From Octopus vulgaris (taxonomy: Eukaryota), in assembly GCA_951406725.2 (NCBI GenBank), contig OX597833.1:7874001-7938000 (forward strand): a DNA stretch of 64,000 nt, in the 5' to 3' direction. Of the stretch, positions 27,273 to 41,369 are shown piece by piece. The notes beneath the pieces are model-generated. The model ran no database searches and had not been told where the DNA came from. It was given only the letters and a program-made list of their open reading frames with translations. The position numbers and the translations under genes were made by a program. How positions within the stretch are numbered: the stretch's first letter is position 1; the number at the start of each line of letters is the position of its first letter.

Positions 27273-29234
27273 GTATACACATACATATACATATACGTGT
27301 GTGTGTGCGTGTGTTTATATACATATATATAGATATATATATATACTCACATATATGCCTACTCACATAAATAGCAACACACAACTGATACATTTGTGGC
27401 CATACCCATGATTAAGATCTCCCCTTCTCCTTCCTCCCCCCTCTCACTCACCTTCCTCTTCCACTCTCTCTCTCTTCCGTTTGAATTGTTTTATGTCTCT
27501 TACCCGTTGATGAATACATACACGCGACTCCTCTCTGTATACACCATTGAATTTAGATGTACACACGCACATACACACACAAACACACATATGTAATTAA
27601 GCACTATATACACATACAAACACACACACAAAATCACACAGGCATACACACGCACATATATACACAGACACACACATTTCATGCAAGCCTGTGAGTCAAG
27701 GTGTCTTCCCTCTGTTCGTTTCTAACATCCTCACCACGTCTCTCCCTCTTTCTCTCCCTCTTTCCCCGTCCCTCTCTCCTTCTCTCACTTTCTTTCTAAT
27801 TTTAGTCCTTCGAAGTCCCAGCCGACCAAGCGTTATATATGTGGCAGATATTACAGCAACGCTAGATGATAACAACCGATAAGGGGAGCTACATCGGGCT
27901 ATGTGAAAGCGGCTTCAAAAGTAGCTATGATAACCACATACCATCCTTCCGACAGAAGGGCAAAAGTTAAGCCACTATGTCGACTAGCCACGTATGGGGT
28001 TTGAAGTCTGACGCCACACCACATACAATCTAGTAAAATATATTTGAAAAGTCCACACTATATGTTAACGGATCAAAAATGTAAGCTATTCGTAGCTGAA
28101 AGAACACAGATCCTTTTCAGATCCAAAAACTCCACCACACTGCTGAATTCCAGATCTGAAATTTTCAGCGGGTGTAAACATATGAATTAATTCCTGTTGA
28201 CGAATTGGAAAACACCACTCTCTCCGAACTGAGCTACTGTACCGCTGACTCTAGGCTCCTAGCCATTCGTCCATATGACTTTACTGTCAAAGGGGACATA
28301 TCTCTAATTCTCTCCCTTTTCTTTTTTCTTTTTATCTTTTTCGTTTTCCCATGTTTACAATCTTCCACCTTTTACATCTAATTTCTTCTCGCACTTCCTC
28401 GTATTTTCTCTTATTCTATTGTCCTGTTTTAGCTTGTCATGTCATGTGAGCAGAGCCTCAGGATTGCGTCAAGGCACTAGCTGTGTTATAAAAGGTTGTC
28501 TGAGTTGTTTTCATCGCTTTAAACTAGTAGTAGCTCATAAAAATATATACTGTGTTTATCAAATGTGTGTGTGTGTGTGTGTAATTAATAAAAAAAAACG
28601 AAGAAAAACACAAGAAAATGTATTAAAAGACGCTCAGGAAAGAAAAGAAAGAAAGGGTGTTTTACGTTTCGAGCAAAGCTCATCTTCAGAAACAAGAGAC
28701 AGAGGAAAGTCCAAGGGAAGATGGAGGAAAAAAATCGCCAACGATCCACATGTAGCTACATTTAGAAATGACCGGAAGGGAATGGATGAAGAAAAAGTTC
28801 TTTCTAAGACAGGAGAGTGTAAGAGAAGGAGGTGAGGTATCTGTGTGTATGTGTGGGTATGTGCCAGTGTGTGTGTGTATGTGTGTGTGTGTAATAGCAT
28901 GTGTGTGTGTGTGTGTTTGTCCCCACCACTGCTTGACAATCGGTGTTGGCAGGTTTATGTCCTGTAACTTAACTGTACGGCAAAAAAGACCGATAGAATA
29001 AGTACAGCACTGCGGTCGAGTCGTTCGTCTAAAATCCTTCAAGATGGTGCCCCAACATGGCCGCCATCATATGACTGAAGCGAATAAACGATAGAAACGA
29101 TAGAAAAAATGCAGAGAGAGAGAGAGAAAAAGAGAGAAGGAGAGATATACAAAGTATTAATAATCACTTAAGCCGATAATCACTTCGTCCAAACACGATA
29201 TTCGTTGAATTATTAAACAGCTTAAACCTCTCTT

Positions 29235-29273
<39 letters not shown>

Positions 29274-29584
29274 TACACTCTCTCTCTCTCTCATCCCACC
29301 TGTTCTACATACCACTCTCTATCCATCTCTCTCTCGACATCACAACACCCCGCCTTTCTCTCTCTCTCCCTTCCTCCCTCCCTCCCCCGCTCTCTCTCTC
29401 GTTCTCTCTCTCTCCCTCTCTAACACACATTAGGCTTTGTAAACCACACGGATCTCTAGGTGATCGTCTCTTGCAAATATTATTCCTTCCACCCACACTT
29501 TTCAACCTTGAATTTCCTACAATATATCACAATATTAATGAGTGAGAAAGAGAGAGAGGGAGAGAGAAAGGGAGAGGGAATGTC

Positions 29585-29641
<57 letters not shown>

Positions 29642-30278
29642 CGTAATGATTACAATTTTGGCGGTGAGCAATTGACAATCTACGTTCAAAGGTAGAACCT
29701 AAAACGTAGTAGATTTGAGGACTTGTGTGAATGTATGACCATAAGCATATATGCATGTATATAAGCAAGGATGTATAATTTACACACACAGACACACACA
29801 CACACACATATATATGTATACATATATATATTTACGCACAATTACACACACACAAACTTGCGAAAGACTTCCATCCGAAACGTCAAATATCCTCTCAGTA
29901 TCTGTTAAAATTTGTCCGTCCCATATTGTTGTTGTTGTTTTGTCTTTTGTGTGTTCATTGCCTAATATATATATTCTTAACGCTTCCGCCGACCTCTTTT
30001 CTTTCCTTTAACTGCTTGCTACATTCCACCCAATCTCTCGCGAGCACCTCATTTCTTTCTTTTCATATTTCCTTCTCATTTTCTTCTCCTTCTCTTCTCT
30101 CCTACCCTTCCTCCCAATATGCTTTCTCATCCACCTTTAACCCTGTTCTGATAAAGGATTAGCGTCCGAAAAGTCTAGATTCTTTCCCATCTTTTTGAGC
30201 ATTAAACTGGCACATTAGTTAAAACTTGTTCTCCCCTACATTGTTTACTACATATATATATGTGTGTATGTATTCAAG

Positions 30279-30333
<55 letters not shown>

Positions 30334-31140
30334 TGTTAATATCCTGCTTTTTGTATTTGTAATTGTGTACCATTTCTCCGTTTTTTCCGTCTTTCCGTAT
30401 ACATTCGCTTGCTTTATTCCAAAGAATCTAGTGCTCTCAGCTTTGATTTTCTTGGGCCCAGCCAGATTGGAGCAGTGTCGAGTGTAACCGGCTGAAACTG
30501 CGACGATGATCTGGAACTCGACTGAAGATACAAAGCTCCGAATGACCCGTCCTTGTTTTTCCCTGACCTTCTTTGTATCGTCTAACTGTCCATTTTTTGT
30601 TTTATTTTTTTTAAATACATAAAGCGGCGTACGTACACTTTTGACTTTTGGTTTCCTGTATGTAATATATATTATATATATATATATATATTTTACTGTT
30701 ATATATATTTTTTTTACTGTTTATATATATATTTTTTTACTGTTTATATTTTTGTACTGTCGTTACTGTCTCGTTTTTTTACCATTTTTTTACCATTTTT
30801 TACCCCTCTGCGAAAAGATCTCAGAATTTTAATTGATTTGCTTTTCGCAGGAAGGAAAGTTTCTTGTCGAGGATACGTCTCGCTTTTATCCTTCGAAACG
30901 TAGAGTAGATGAAACCTTAGCGACTGAAGAAGGGGTTTTTTCGTTGTGTTAACTGTCCTGTACTCCATTTTTTGTTGTTTTAAAAAAATGTCCTGTTCCT
31001 TTGGTTTGTGTCCATGTTTTCGTTTCTCTTGTGTTCGACGTCCCTTTGGTGTCCTGTACTCATATATGCGTGTATATGTACATGTAGAGGTAGGTACGTA
31101 CATATATGTTTATATATATGCATATGTTTTATTTCTTTTA

Positions 31141-31263
<123 letters not shown>

Positions 31264-31407
31264 CTACTTGGGCTTTAGGTATATGTCTGTTAGTATGTCA
31301 ATTAAAGCGTATTCATCGTCAGGGACACCTGATATCATCCACAGTTATGATATAATTTTCACTGAATCTGCGTCAGGAAATCCGCTGCATTTGTTGAGTT
31401 TGTAGTC

Positions 31408-31829
31408 GATAAAGGAAACGGAAGATGGACTTAGTACGAATTATTATTCCGCACGACGATCGTTCGACCCAACCTGCATCTGTCCCTTAGGGGTTAGATA
31501 TTGTGCATCTGGTTGTGTTGCATCAATAAGTGCAGGTTGAGACTCTTCGGGTGCTTGGTGTAGAAAAAGACACCCGACTAGATATACTGATATCTCCTTG
31601 ACATGTTGCTCTGTCTACTTGTACATTGGTACGCTGACAGAGGGTAGGATAAGTTTGGGGTTGTGTCGGCGGATACACCAAGCACCCGAAGTGACACAGC
31701 CTGCACTGATTGATGCAACACAACCAGATGCACAATATCCTACCCCTAAGGGACAGATGCAGGATGGGGCTAAACGATCGTCGTGCTAAATAAAGATTCG
31801 CGGTAAATCCATCTTCCATCTCCTTTATC
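31408..31829. mobile_element. Older fold-back cassette (family E) with two decayed long-stem-II hammerheads
   Basis: Diverged inverted arms 31408-31562 / 31674-31829 with a ~110-bp spacer. Arm consensus GCAC-CCGAAGA-long stem II (CAACCUGCA/UGCAGGUUG)-GAA-ACGAUCGU-C-GUGC at 31451-31554 (-) and 31682-31786 (+). Each copy has a private core lesion. Confidence 0.7.
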
Positions 31830-31873
31830 AACTATCTATCTATCTCTATATATATATATGCATACATATATGC

Positions 31874-31907
<34 letters not shown>

Positions 31908-32038
31908 ATATATATATGTATGTGTGTGTGTGTGTGTGTGTATGTGTGTGTGTGTGTGTACATACATACATATATATAAGTGTGTATGTGTGTGAGCATG
32001 CATACATGTATATATATATATATATACATACATACACG

Positions 32039-32070
<32 letters not shown>

Positions 32071-32714
32071 TGTATATCTTAATTAACGTGGATATACTTA
32101 AAGAACGTCACAATACTGCGCAATTGGTCTTGAGAAAGTCTCCTATACAAACGTATAGTACTAAGAATCATCGAAGCATTGGTAACAGACGAAGTGTCCA
32201 GCAGCGGCAATGGAATTGCTACGTGATTTCTGCGTATTTGTGCGCCATCAGTAGCCAGTTTGCACTATCAACCAAAGCTTTAGACAATTCCACCTCAACT
32301 GATAAACCGAAAAACAGTGACTAATTAGTCGCTGGTATCGCAAATAGCTGGCGGACTGGGAAAAAAAAAATTGTTATTAGCGACAGAATAGTATTTGTAC
32401 CGAATAGCAAGCTGTATTCACCTACGTTAAAACAGGATATACAGATTCACAAACCTTACGCGACGCGAAGTCTTTCCAAAACTGCTTGAGATATATCTGT
32501 TATAGTTCTCTTCGCAAATTTATTTCCAAACAACTGGAAAACTGAACGGAAAGGCATGAACATGTGATCGATAAGTTCACTTCGCATCCATGTATTTCAA
32601 AGTTCGATTCCACGACTGGTGCAGTGAGCAAATGTTTTTATTTAAAACCTTGAGTTGACCAATTATTAGCGAGTAAAAGTTTTTAGACTTCATAGACAAA
32701 AATGCTCAGAAGCC

Positions 32715-32801
<87 letters not shown>

Positions 32802-32947
32802 TGTGTCTTTATCTGTGTGCGTGTGTGTGCATGTGTATGTGTGTGCGCGTGTGTGCGTGTGCGTGTCATTGAGACTCCTATGTCCTGTGTACTAGCAGTT
32901 TTACAAGTAGATATCGATAAAATAGGGAGCCGACTGCATTATATACT

Positions 32948-33019
<72 letters not shown>

Positions 33020-33395
33020 GAAGATAGATAGATAATTGTGTATTTATTGCACGCCTTTTGACCCATTTATTGTATGTGTGTATGTGTGTGTGTCTGTGAA
33101 ACAACTGGTTGTAATTTATTCACCATTACACATGTTTCATTTGCTAATAGGAATTATAAATATGTACATGTAGGATAAACATGTAAGAAATTTCCTTTTA
33201 GATATTCATCACAAACATGTATGTATGTATGTATGTATGTTTGTATGTATGTATGTATGTATGTATGTATGTATGTATGTATGTATGTATGTATGTGTGC
33301 AGATTTGTATGTTTGGTTTGATGTATGTATTCTCATGCATATAGTTGCATATACTTATATTTATCTAAATGATAAACTTCTGGAAAGTTTTGCAG

Positions 33396-33428
<33 letters not shown>

Positions 33429-33472
33429 TGTATGTATGTATGTATGTATGTATGTATGCATGTAAGTAAGTA

Positions 33473-33681
33473 AAGAGTGTCCATGAATTACTTTTACAAT
33501 TTGAAAAATTCAGGAAAAAAAATTGAACAATAAGGATAACTCGGGAGAGTTTATTGGAAAATATAGGCAAAGAAATAATGTTTTATTAGTAACATCAGAA
33601 CATTTCCATGCGGGCTCCAATTTGTTGCACGCAACACATCTAAACGATAAATTGTTGTAAAGATAATTTATGAACACCCTG
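33473..33681. mobile_element. Tc1/mariner MITE
   Basis: TA|AAGAGTGTCCATGAATTA ... TAATTTATGAACACCCTG|TA imperfect TIRs. Confidence 0.6.
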
Positions 33682-34859
33682 TATATATATATATACATGT
33701 ATGTATGTATGTATGTAAATAGAAGGAGAGAATGGAGAGGAAGATTCAGAAGATAAGCGAGCAATATGAAATTATAGAGAAGAAAATTGGTGATGACGGT
33801 TGTAGAGGAGGGTGGATAGATAGCATTTGTAGCAGACGATCATGCGGAGTCTTGTGTCGTCTGCCCAGTTTGATTGTCTGTCAGTGTTTGTACTGAGTGC
33901 TTATGGGCTTAAGTGATTATAACATACACGCATACGTATATTCACACATATGTATATGTATATATACTTATATACTTATATACATCACGTATACATACAT
34001 TCATATATACATACTTATATATGTGAATGTATAATATATATATATTATAGTATATTATATATATGCATAATATATATATCATAGTATATTATATTATATA
34101 TATATACATATATATATATAATATATATATTATAGTATATTATATTATATATATATACATATATATATGTATATATATATAAACTTACAAACACATGCAT
34201 ATACATATGTATATATACATACTTGTACATACACATGTTTATATGTGTATGTATATCTATATGTGCATATATATACGTATATATATGTGTGTATGTATGT
34301 ATATATATATATATATACTTATGTGTATATGGACACATATACATATACACAAACGCACACACATACACACAACTCTCAACTCGAAAAATTCGTCTGGGAG
34401 TTGTATGTGGTTCATCTGTCTGTTAGAAATAACAACCAAATTCCCAGAGATATCACCCAAGGAAAAGAACATTGGATAATGTTCTAAACAAATAAACGAG
34501 ATGGTCATAGGTGGAATGCATGTTTGACCGTAGGTTTCCCTAAATAATGCTAAAACAACAACATCAATTCGCTCCACGTGTACAAAAGCACACACAGATT
34601 TCTTCATAAACACTCACACATTGTGTATATACATAGACACAATTTCGTACACACACAAACTATACACACACACACACACAGACACAAACATCCACATGCA
34701 CACACACTCACACACAAACATCCACATTCACACACACACACACACACGCAAACATCCACATGCACACACACACACACACACACACAAACATCCACATGCA
34801 CACATACACACGAAGCATTCATTGATATATGCACGCCTTCTACATCATATTACAGAGAC

Positions 34860-34890
<31 letters not shown>

Positions 34891-35071
34891 AGCATATACA
34901 TACATGCATAAACGTAGACACACAGATATACGTGCAGAGAACACAAATACATACACACACATACATCCATGCATGCTCACACACACACAGACACACGCAC
35001 ACGCACACACATCCGCCATCTACGTCGCGTCGTTTCACGTCTAAACACATTAAAAGAGGGAGAGATGAAGT

Positions 35072-35102
<31 letters not shown>

Positions 35103-35282
35103 CCAGGAGAAAGAAAGAGAGAGAGAGAGTAAGAGAGGGAGAGAAAGATAAAAAGAAAGAGAGTGCGAGCGAGGAAGAGAGAAGGGGTGAGACACATGAA
35201 GTGAGGAAATCGGATAAAGAAGAAGAGGTGGAGGAAGAGGAGAGACGGAGACGACAGAGGGAGAAAGGGCGATGTTGCATGA

Positions 35283-35317
<35 letters not shown>

Positions 35318-35375
35318 GCGAAATGATGTGACATCAGAGAGAGAGGGAGGGAGGAACTGTGGGGGTAGAAGTGGG

Positions 35376-35421
<46 letters not shown>

Positions 35422-35557
35422 GAAGGAAGAGTGAAACAGAGAGCAAGGAGTGATAAAGTGTAAAAGATGGGGAATAGCGAGAAAGAAAGAAGAGAGAGAA
35501 AGAGAAAGAGAGAGAGAGAGTAAAGTGTTACGCTGACAAACACACACACATATACAC

Positions 35558-35625
<68 letters not shown>

Positions 35626-35804
35626 CCGGCTAGTAATATAATACGCGTGTTTGTGTGTGTGTGTGCGTATATATATATATATACATATGTATATCAACAC
35701 ATATATATTATAGATTACATGTACGTCTAGCATGTATATTAGATTAAACAGTTTCACATATGCGCGTGCATTGATGCACATAAACGCGAACGCTCGCAGA
35801 AGTC

Positions 35805-35856
35805 CACTCCGCCCCTATACAAACATAAACACAGATATATACACCCGGATTGGCAA
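35805..35856 (+). promoter_or_regulatory. Candidate proximal promoter motifs (GC box, inverted CCAAT box)
   Basis: CCGCCC at 35809-35814 and ATTGG at 35849-35853, about 215-260 bp upstream of the ATG in a relatively CpG-rich unique patch. Motif match only. Confidence 0.25.
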
Positions 35857-36066
35857 GTAATATAATATAAATGTACACACGATACGCGTACAAATGAGTT
35901 TGCACTAATACATAGAGAGAGGCACACATCCACATCCACACACGCGCACTCACAGCCACACACACACACATCTATATATACATCTATATACATCTATATA
36001 CATCTATATATATATAGACAAGAAGCCGAGCCGGTTAGTATAGCGACAGTTTATACAGGAGAAGCG

Positions 36067-36142
36067 ATGGAGTACAGTCGGCGCGCGTTAGCTGTGCTGG
36101 TGTTACCTCTTTTATTGTGGATCATTAACCAACATACAGCAG
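36067..36142 (+). CDS. First coding exon (signal peptide) of an Ig-superfamily cell-adhesion gene, NCAM/Fasciclin-II/apCAM-like
   Basis: ATG at 36067 in good context (gcgATGG). Encodes MEYSRRALAVLVLPLLLWIINQHTA with basic n-region, hydrophobic core and small-residue c-region. Followed by donor AG|GTAAGA at 36143 in phase 1, matching the phase-1 acceptor at 56050. Confidence 0.75.
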
Positions 36143-36415
36143 GTAAGAAGGGTTTCACTGTCTCCCTGTTCCCCTGTCCCCTTTTTATTGATACTATAGC
36201 AGACCCGGTGGATTGTCCACAGCCAGGCTTGACCCCCACATCAGAGCGTTAATATCGCCAACGCCTCCGACATCGTCATCGAGTCGGTTTCGTCTTGTTT
36301 TTGTCGATGCAAAACTTTGTAGGAAAATGTGTTGACGTTTGCATTTGCTGTTGTTGTTGATGTTGTTGTTGTTGCTGGTTGTGATGATGCTTTTAGTGTG
36401 TGCGGATGTGTGTAT

Positions 36416-36627
36416 TTACTCTTTTACTCTTTTACTTGTTTCAGTCATTTGACTGTGGCCTTGCTGGAGCACCGCCTTTAGTCGAGCAAATCGACCCCAC
36501 GACTTATTCTTTGTAAGCCCAGTACTTATTCTATCGGTCTCTTTCGCCGAACCGCTAGGTTACGCGGAAGTAAACACACCAGCATCGGTTGTCAAGCAAT
36601 GCTAGGGGGACAAACACAGACGCACAA

Positions 36628-36658
<31 letters not shown>

Positions 36659-36967
36659 AATATATACGACAGGCTTCTTTCAGTTTCCGTCTACTAAATC
36701 TACTCACAAGGCTTTGGTCGGTTACAGGGACGTAAACACACCAGCATCGGTTGTCAAACGATGATGGGGTGACAAACACAAACACACACACACATATATA
36801 TATACACATATATACGACGGGCTTCTTTCAGTTTCCGTCTACCAAATCCACTCACAAGGCTTTGGTCCGCCAGAGGCTATAATACAAGACACCTGCCCAA
36901 GGTGCCACGCAGTGGGACTGAACCCGGAACCATGTGGTTGGTAAGCAAGCTACTTACCACACAGCCA
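36416..36967 (-). mobile_element. SINE family 2 copy with internal duplication
   Basis: Reverse complement of 38568-38983, with the central ~150 bp present twice. Confidence 0.85.
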
Positions 36968-37578
36968 CATAAATATATATGTGTGTGTGTGTGTATTATG
37001 TATATATTCGTGCGCTGCACATACACACACGCACGCACTTATAGATATGTACACGTATATGTGCATGTATATATAATATATATGTGTGTGTGCATGTATG
37101 TATATATGTCTCTATGCGGTATGTTCTTATGTATGTACAGATATACATTTTTATGTATAAACATACATATATGTGTGTGAGTACATGTAAGTGTGTACAT
37201 GTGTATGCAAGTGTGTGTGTTTGCCTGTACGATTTACCTCTGTAGTAATGTAACATCGGAGTTAATTTGTTGATATTAAACTTATTGCGAAAGTTATCAA
37301 CTTTAACAATTACGTTATAACACACGCATACATACACACACTATTATATATACTCACACGTACACGTTGTTGTGACCCCCCTTCGGTCATGACTGACCAT
37401 GGGATTGCACCTAGAGAGTTACCCTCCGAGGCGCAAATCTGGGCAAGGTTGTTTATGGAAGGCCAGCAGTCGCCCATGCATTCCAGCCTCCCGTTTCCAT
37501 GCCCACCGATGTTACCCAAGGGAAAGGCAAAGGGGCCGATACAGCTAGGTACTTGTGACATCGCAGCTCATTTATTAG

Positions 37579-37897
37579 GTGGCTGAGTACTCCGCAGACA
37601 CGTGTACCCTTAACGTAGATCTCGGGGAGATTCAGTGTGACAAGGCTGGTCCTTTGAAATACAGGTACAACAGGAACAGGAAGAAAGAGTGAGAGAAAGT
37701 TGTGGTGAAAGAGTACAGCAGGGTTCGCCATCAACCCCTTCCGGAGCCTCGTAGACCTTTACCTGTTTTCGCTCAATAAACACTTACAATGCCCGGTCTG
37801 GGAATCGAAACCGCGTATCTACGACCACGAATCTGCTGCCCTAACCACTGGGCCATTGCGCCTCCACTGCCCTAACCACTGGGCCATTGCGCCTCCA
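37579..37897 (-). mobile_element. tRNA-derived SINE family 3 with duplicated 5' 31 bp
   Basis: Minus-strand head GTGGAGGCGCAATGGCCCAGTGGTTAGGGCAG occurs twice, then B box GTTTCGATTCCC. The body is shared with 16455-16768 and 39250-39533. Confidence 0.8.
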
Positions 37898-38026
37898 CAC
37901 GTATACACACGTATCCATTCATATATCTACGTCTACATGGTCGTTCAGACTGCTAAACACATCAGCTAAATCTCCTTCAAATCGCTGTCTTCCCAAATAA
38001 AATGAAAGGATACATTTGATATAGAT

Positions 38027-38274
38027 TTGTGGTTCCCAACCCTTTTTTTGCCCGCGGACCCCTTTGATCCCGAGTTTATTCGAGTGGACCCTCCTAATTA
38101 TTCCTTGTCCGAAAAACCCTTTTATATTTTTATATTATTAGGAATTGTATTTTAAGAAATGTTCAAATATTTTGTGTTTTGTAGAATTATAACCAATTTA
38201 TTGCAGATAAATTTTAGCAACAAAATTTCATGTGGTCCCCCAAAGGTCATGTGGTCCCCGGTGGAGAAACACTG
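38027..38274. mobile_element. hAT (Charlie/MER5-like) MITE
   Basis: GTGGTTCCCAACC...GGTGGAGAAACACTG ends with subterminal GGACCCC/GGTCCCC motifs. Confidence 0.55.
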
Positions 38275-38567
38275 ACAGGGTGGTCATTTCTGGATCTCCT
38301 GTGAACATAGTTTTGCTTGTTAAGGACGGATTTATACTAAACAACCACAAGGCTTAGATATCCGTCCCAGCGTCTGATTTTCCAGTTTTTCTGTTTGTGT
38401 AGCTGTCCCTCGGTTAATGCGGTGCTCGCACTCGATTTGTACGGTTTCGATTTCTTCTTTTTATCTTTTAACTGAGTCAGTCACCAGACTGCGGCCATGC
38501 TGTGGCAGCGCCTTGAAAGGAGTTTAGTCGAACAGATTGAATCCAGTACTTATTGTTTTAGAAATTG

Positions 38568-38983
38568 GGCAGGAGTGGTTGTGTGGTAAGTAGCTTGCTT
38601 ACCAGCCACATGGTTCTGGGTTCAGTCCCACTGCGTGACACCTTGGGAAAGTGTCTTCTTCTATAGCCTCGGGCCGACCAAACCTTGTGAGTGGATTTGG
38701 TAGATGGAAACTGAAAGAAGCCTGTCGTATATATGTATATATATATATATGCGTGTGTGTGTTTGTGTGTCTGTGTTTGTCCCCCTAGCATTGCTTGACA
38801 ACCGATGCTGGTGTGTTTATGTCCCCGTTACTTAGCGGTTCGGCAAAAGAGACCGATAGAATAAGTACTGGGCTTACACAAGAATAAGTCCCGGGGTCGA
38901 GTTGCTTGATTAAAAGCGGTGCTCCAGCATGGCCGCAATCAAATGACTGAAACAAGTAAAAGAGTAAAAGAGTAAAAGAGTAA
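38568..38983 (+). mobile_element. tRNA-derived SINE family 2, full length, with internal TA/TG microsatellite and (GTAAAAGA)n tail
   Basis: A-box-like TGGTTGTGTGGT and B-box-like GGTTCAGTCCC. Homologous to 36416-36967(-), 11670-11860, 21378-21495, 28915-29090 and 38455-38555(-). Confidence 0.85.
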
Positions 38984-39998
38984 CTGCTAAGTTCTGAGAA
39001 CATAAACAAACCAACACCGGTTGTAACTAGCTCCAGTCGTAAGAAAGGAATGAGAAAAACGTTTGCCTTGAGTTCTGTTGGGTCCTGGGGCCGAGGGTCA
39101 CCGGGTTTCCGATAGGTTTGACCGTTTGCATGTCCAAAGCACTTTTATAAGGTTCTTCGTTTGTTTTTAGACTTTTAATTGACCCTTTCCTAAGTTCCAA
39201 GTTACTCTGATGGTTGAAGAAAAAAATGGGGAATGTGCACCATAAAACTGGTCCTCCGTCGACCTCGACGATGAGTGTTCCAGTTGATCAACAGAACAGC
39301 CTGCTCGTGAAATTAACATGTAAGTGGCTGAGTATTCCACAGACACACCAAAGCTTAACGTAATTCTCAAGGAGATTCAGCATGACCCCTTTGAATTACA
39401 GGTATAACTGTATGGACTGGAGCAACGTAAAATAAAGCGTCTCCCGCAAGGACATGATGCAAAGCCGGGAATCGAACTGACAACCTTGCAATCATGAGCT
39501 AATTAGCCTAACCACCAAGACACGCGCCTCCACACTGTGTACCATAGATTAAACCTGGACCCCAGGGAAATATATCTTGTGCGATACACAGGACAGGCAG
39601 AAGGCAACGCGTTCTAAGATGACGAAACTCGTCCTACCCTGGATGGTACCCCAGTGCCTCGCAGGGTTAACTTCCCAGCTGTTGTTGGTTCTCATTTACG
39701 ACTGAATGAAACTGAAGCGAAAGTGAAATGAAGTGTCTTGCTCAAGAACGCAACATATCGTCCTGTTCGAGAATCGATCTCCAGACCTCACGTTCGGGAG
39801 CCCAACTCTCTAACCACCAGGCTACGCTGCTTTAATCTTCTACCCTCGTTCATCTGTGTTTCAATTGTTCACAACCCGGACCATACTTCCACTTTGGTGC
39901 ACTGTGTGTGTGACGTGGGGGAGTAAGTGTGTGTCTGTGTGTGCTTGTGTCTATGTGTTTGTGCGCCAGTGTTTGAGTGTATGTGTGTGTGTGTCTGT

Positions 39999-40049
<51 letters not shown>

Positions 40050-40166
40050 TGTGTGTTGGCGAATGCATGTGTGTGTTTGTATTCGAGTCTCTGTGTTACC
40101 TGTGTTTGTGTGATTGCGTGAGTGCGTGCGTGTGTGTGTGTGTGTGTGTGTCTGTATGTATATATG

Positions 40167-40216
<50 letters not shown>

Positions 40217-40272
40217 GTACTATATATACATATATATATATATATACATATATAGATGTATATGCATATGTA

Positions 40273-40468
40273 CAGTAATCCTTCGCGATAACGCGGTTCA
40301 TTTATCGCGGTTTATTATTTAAGCTTACGTCGATTTTTCCGTGGTGTTGTTTTACATTTATAATAAAAAAAATATATACAAATTATAAAAGTAGTAAAAA
40401 AAAATATACAGTACTGTTTCTGCTTCGCAGATTTCCAGCTATCGCCCACGATAGTCGAAAGATTGGTG
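40273..40468. mobile_element. pogo/Tigger-like MITE remnant
   Basis: TA|CAGTAATCCTTCGCGATAACGCGG and a degenerate inverted end CGATAGTCGAAAGATTGGTG|TA within TA repeats. Confidence 0.5.
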
Positions 40469-40556
40469 TATACATATATATATATAGAGAGATATATATA
40501 TATATATATATATAGATATATATGTGTGTATATATATATGTATGTATGTGTGTATG

Positions 40557-40649
<93 letters not shown>

Positions 40650-40787
40650 ATGTATGTATGTATTATGTATGTATGTATGTATGTATATACATACAACAAA
40701 GTAAAACTGGAAGATACCGCTACCGCACGAGTGAAAATATATAGGGGAGAAGATTTGAAAATGCTGAGGTCTTTTAAAGATGTTTAT

Positions 40788-41027
40788 TGACTTGACCGGT
40801 TTCACTTTGTTTAGAAAAAAGATTTTCAAAAGTAAAGTGTAAGGCTTTGTGTAGCCTTTGCAGTGTTAAACATTATTTAACGCAGATGTATTCAAATACA
40901 GTGAGAGAGTCTTTGACAACGATAAGAAATTGCTAAGAGAGGCTTTGTGTTCTAACAGTTTACGTAATAGAGTTCCAAATAGGCAGTAAAATAAATTCAT
41001 AATTGTTTATAAGTTCATCAAAAATCA
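40788..41027 (-). ncRNA. Hammerhead-like motif with ~200-nt insertion in stem II
   Basis: Minus strand: UGAUUU-uUGAUGA-ACUU..~200 nt..AAGU-GAA-ACCGGU-C-AAGUCA. Helix I and the base of helix II both pair across the gap. C3 is U. Confidence 0.5.
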
Positions 41028-41369
41028 TGATTGTTTATAAGCAAATATACAGAAAGAATTTGTAGACAGGATTTGATAGGAGAAAGTGTGTGTTGCTTTG
41101 TCAAAAGTTCATCTGAAAACATAATTCTTTATAAGAATTTTAGGAGAATGACCAAACTTTTTTCTTCGTCTCCAGTCTTGTACGTATGTTTTGCAAGGAT
41201 GGTTGCTATTTTTAGAAATAGTCTATTTGTATGTATGATTGTGTATATATGTGTATATATTAATCTGGGCCTGACTGAATATTGTGATTAATGACAATGG
41301 TAAATATTTGGACAGCGTGTTTAGGTTAAAGTTTTATTCGTCTTGTTGCTATTGTTATTGTTGTTGCTA

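Noticed and set aside
30470-30555. TCGAGT..ACTCGA hairpin followed by CTGAAGA, as a type III hammerhead
   Set aside because: No GAAA or stem II, and position 17 would be G. The related CGACTGAAGA at about 30920 also lacks helix I.
37790-37897. tRNA-like A/B boxes here and at other SINE heads
   Set aside because: They continue into SINE bodies and lack a complete cloverleaf, so they are not tRNA genes.
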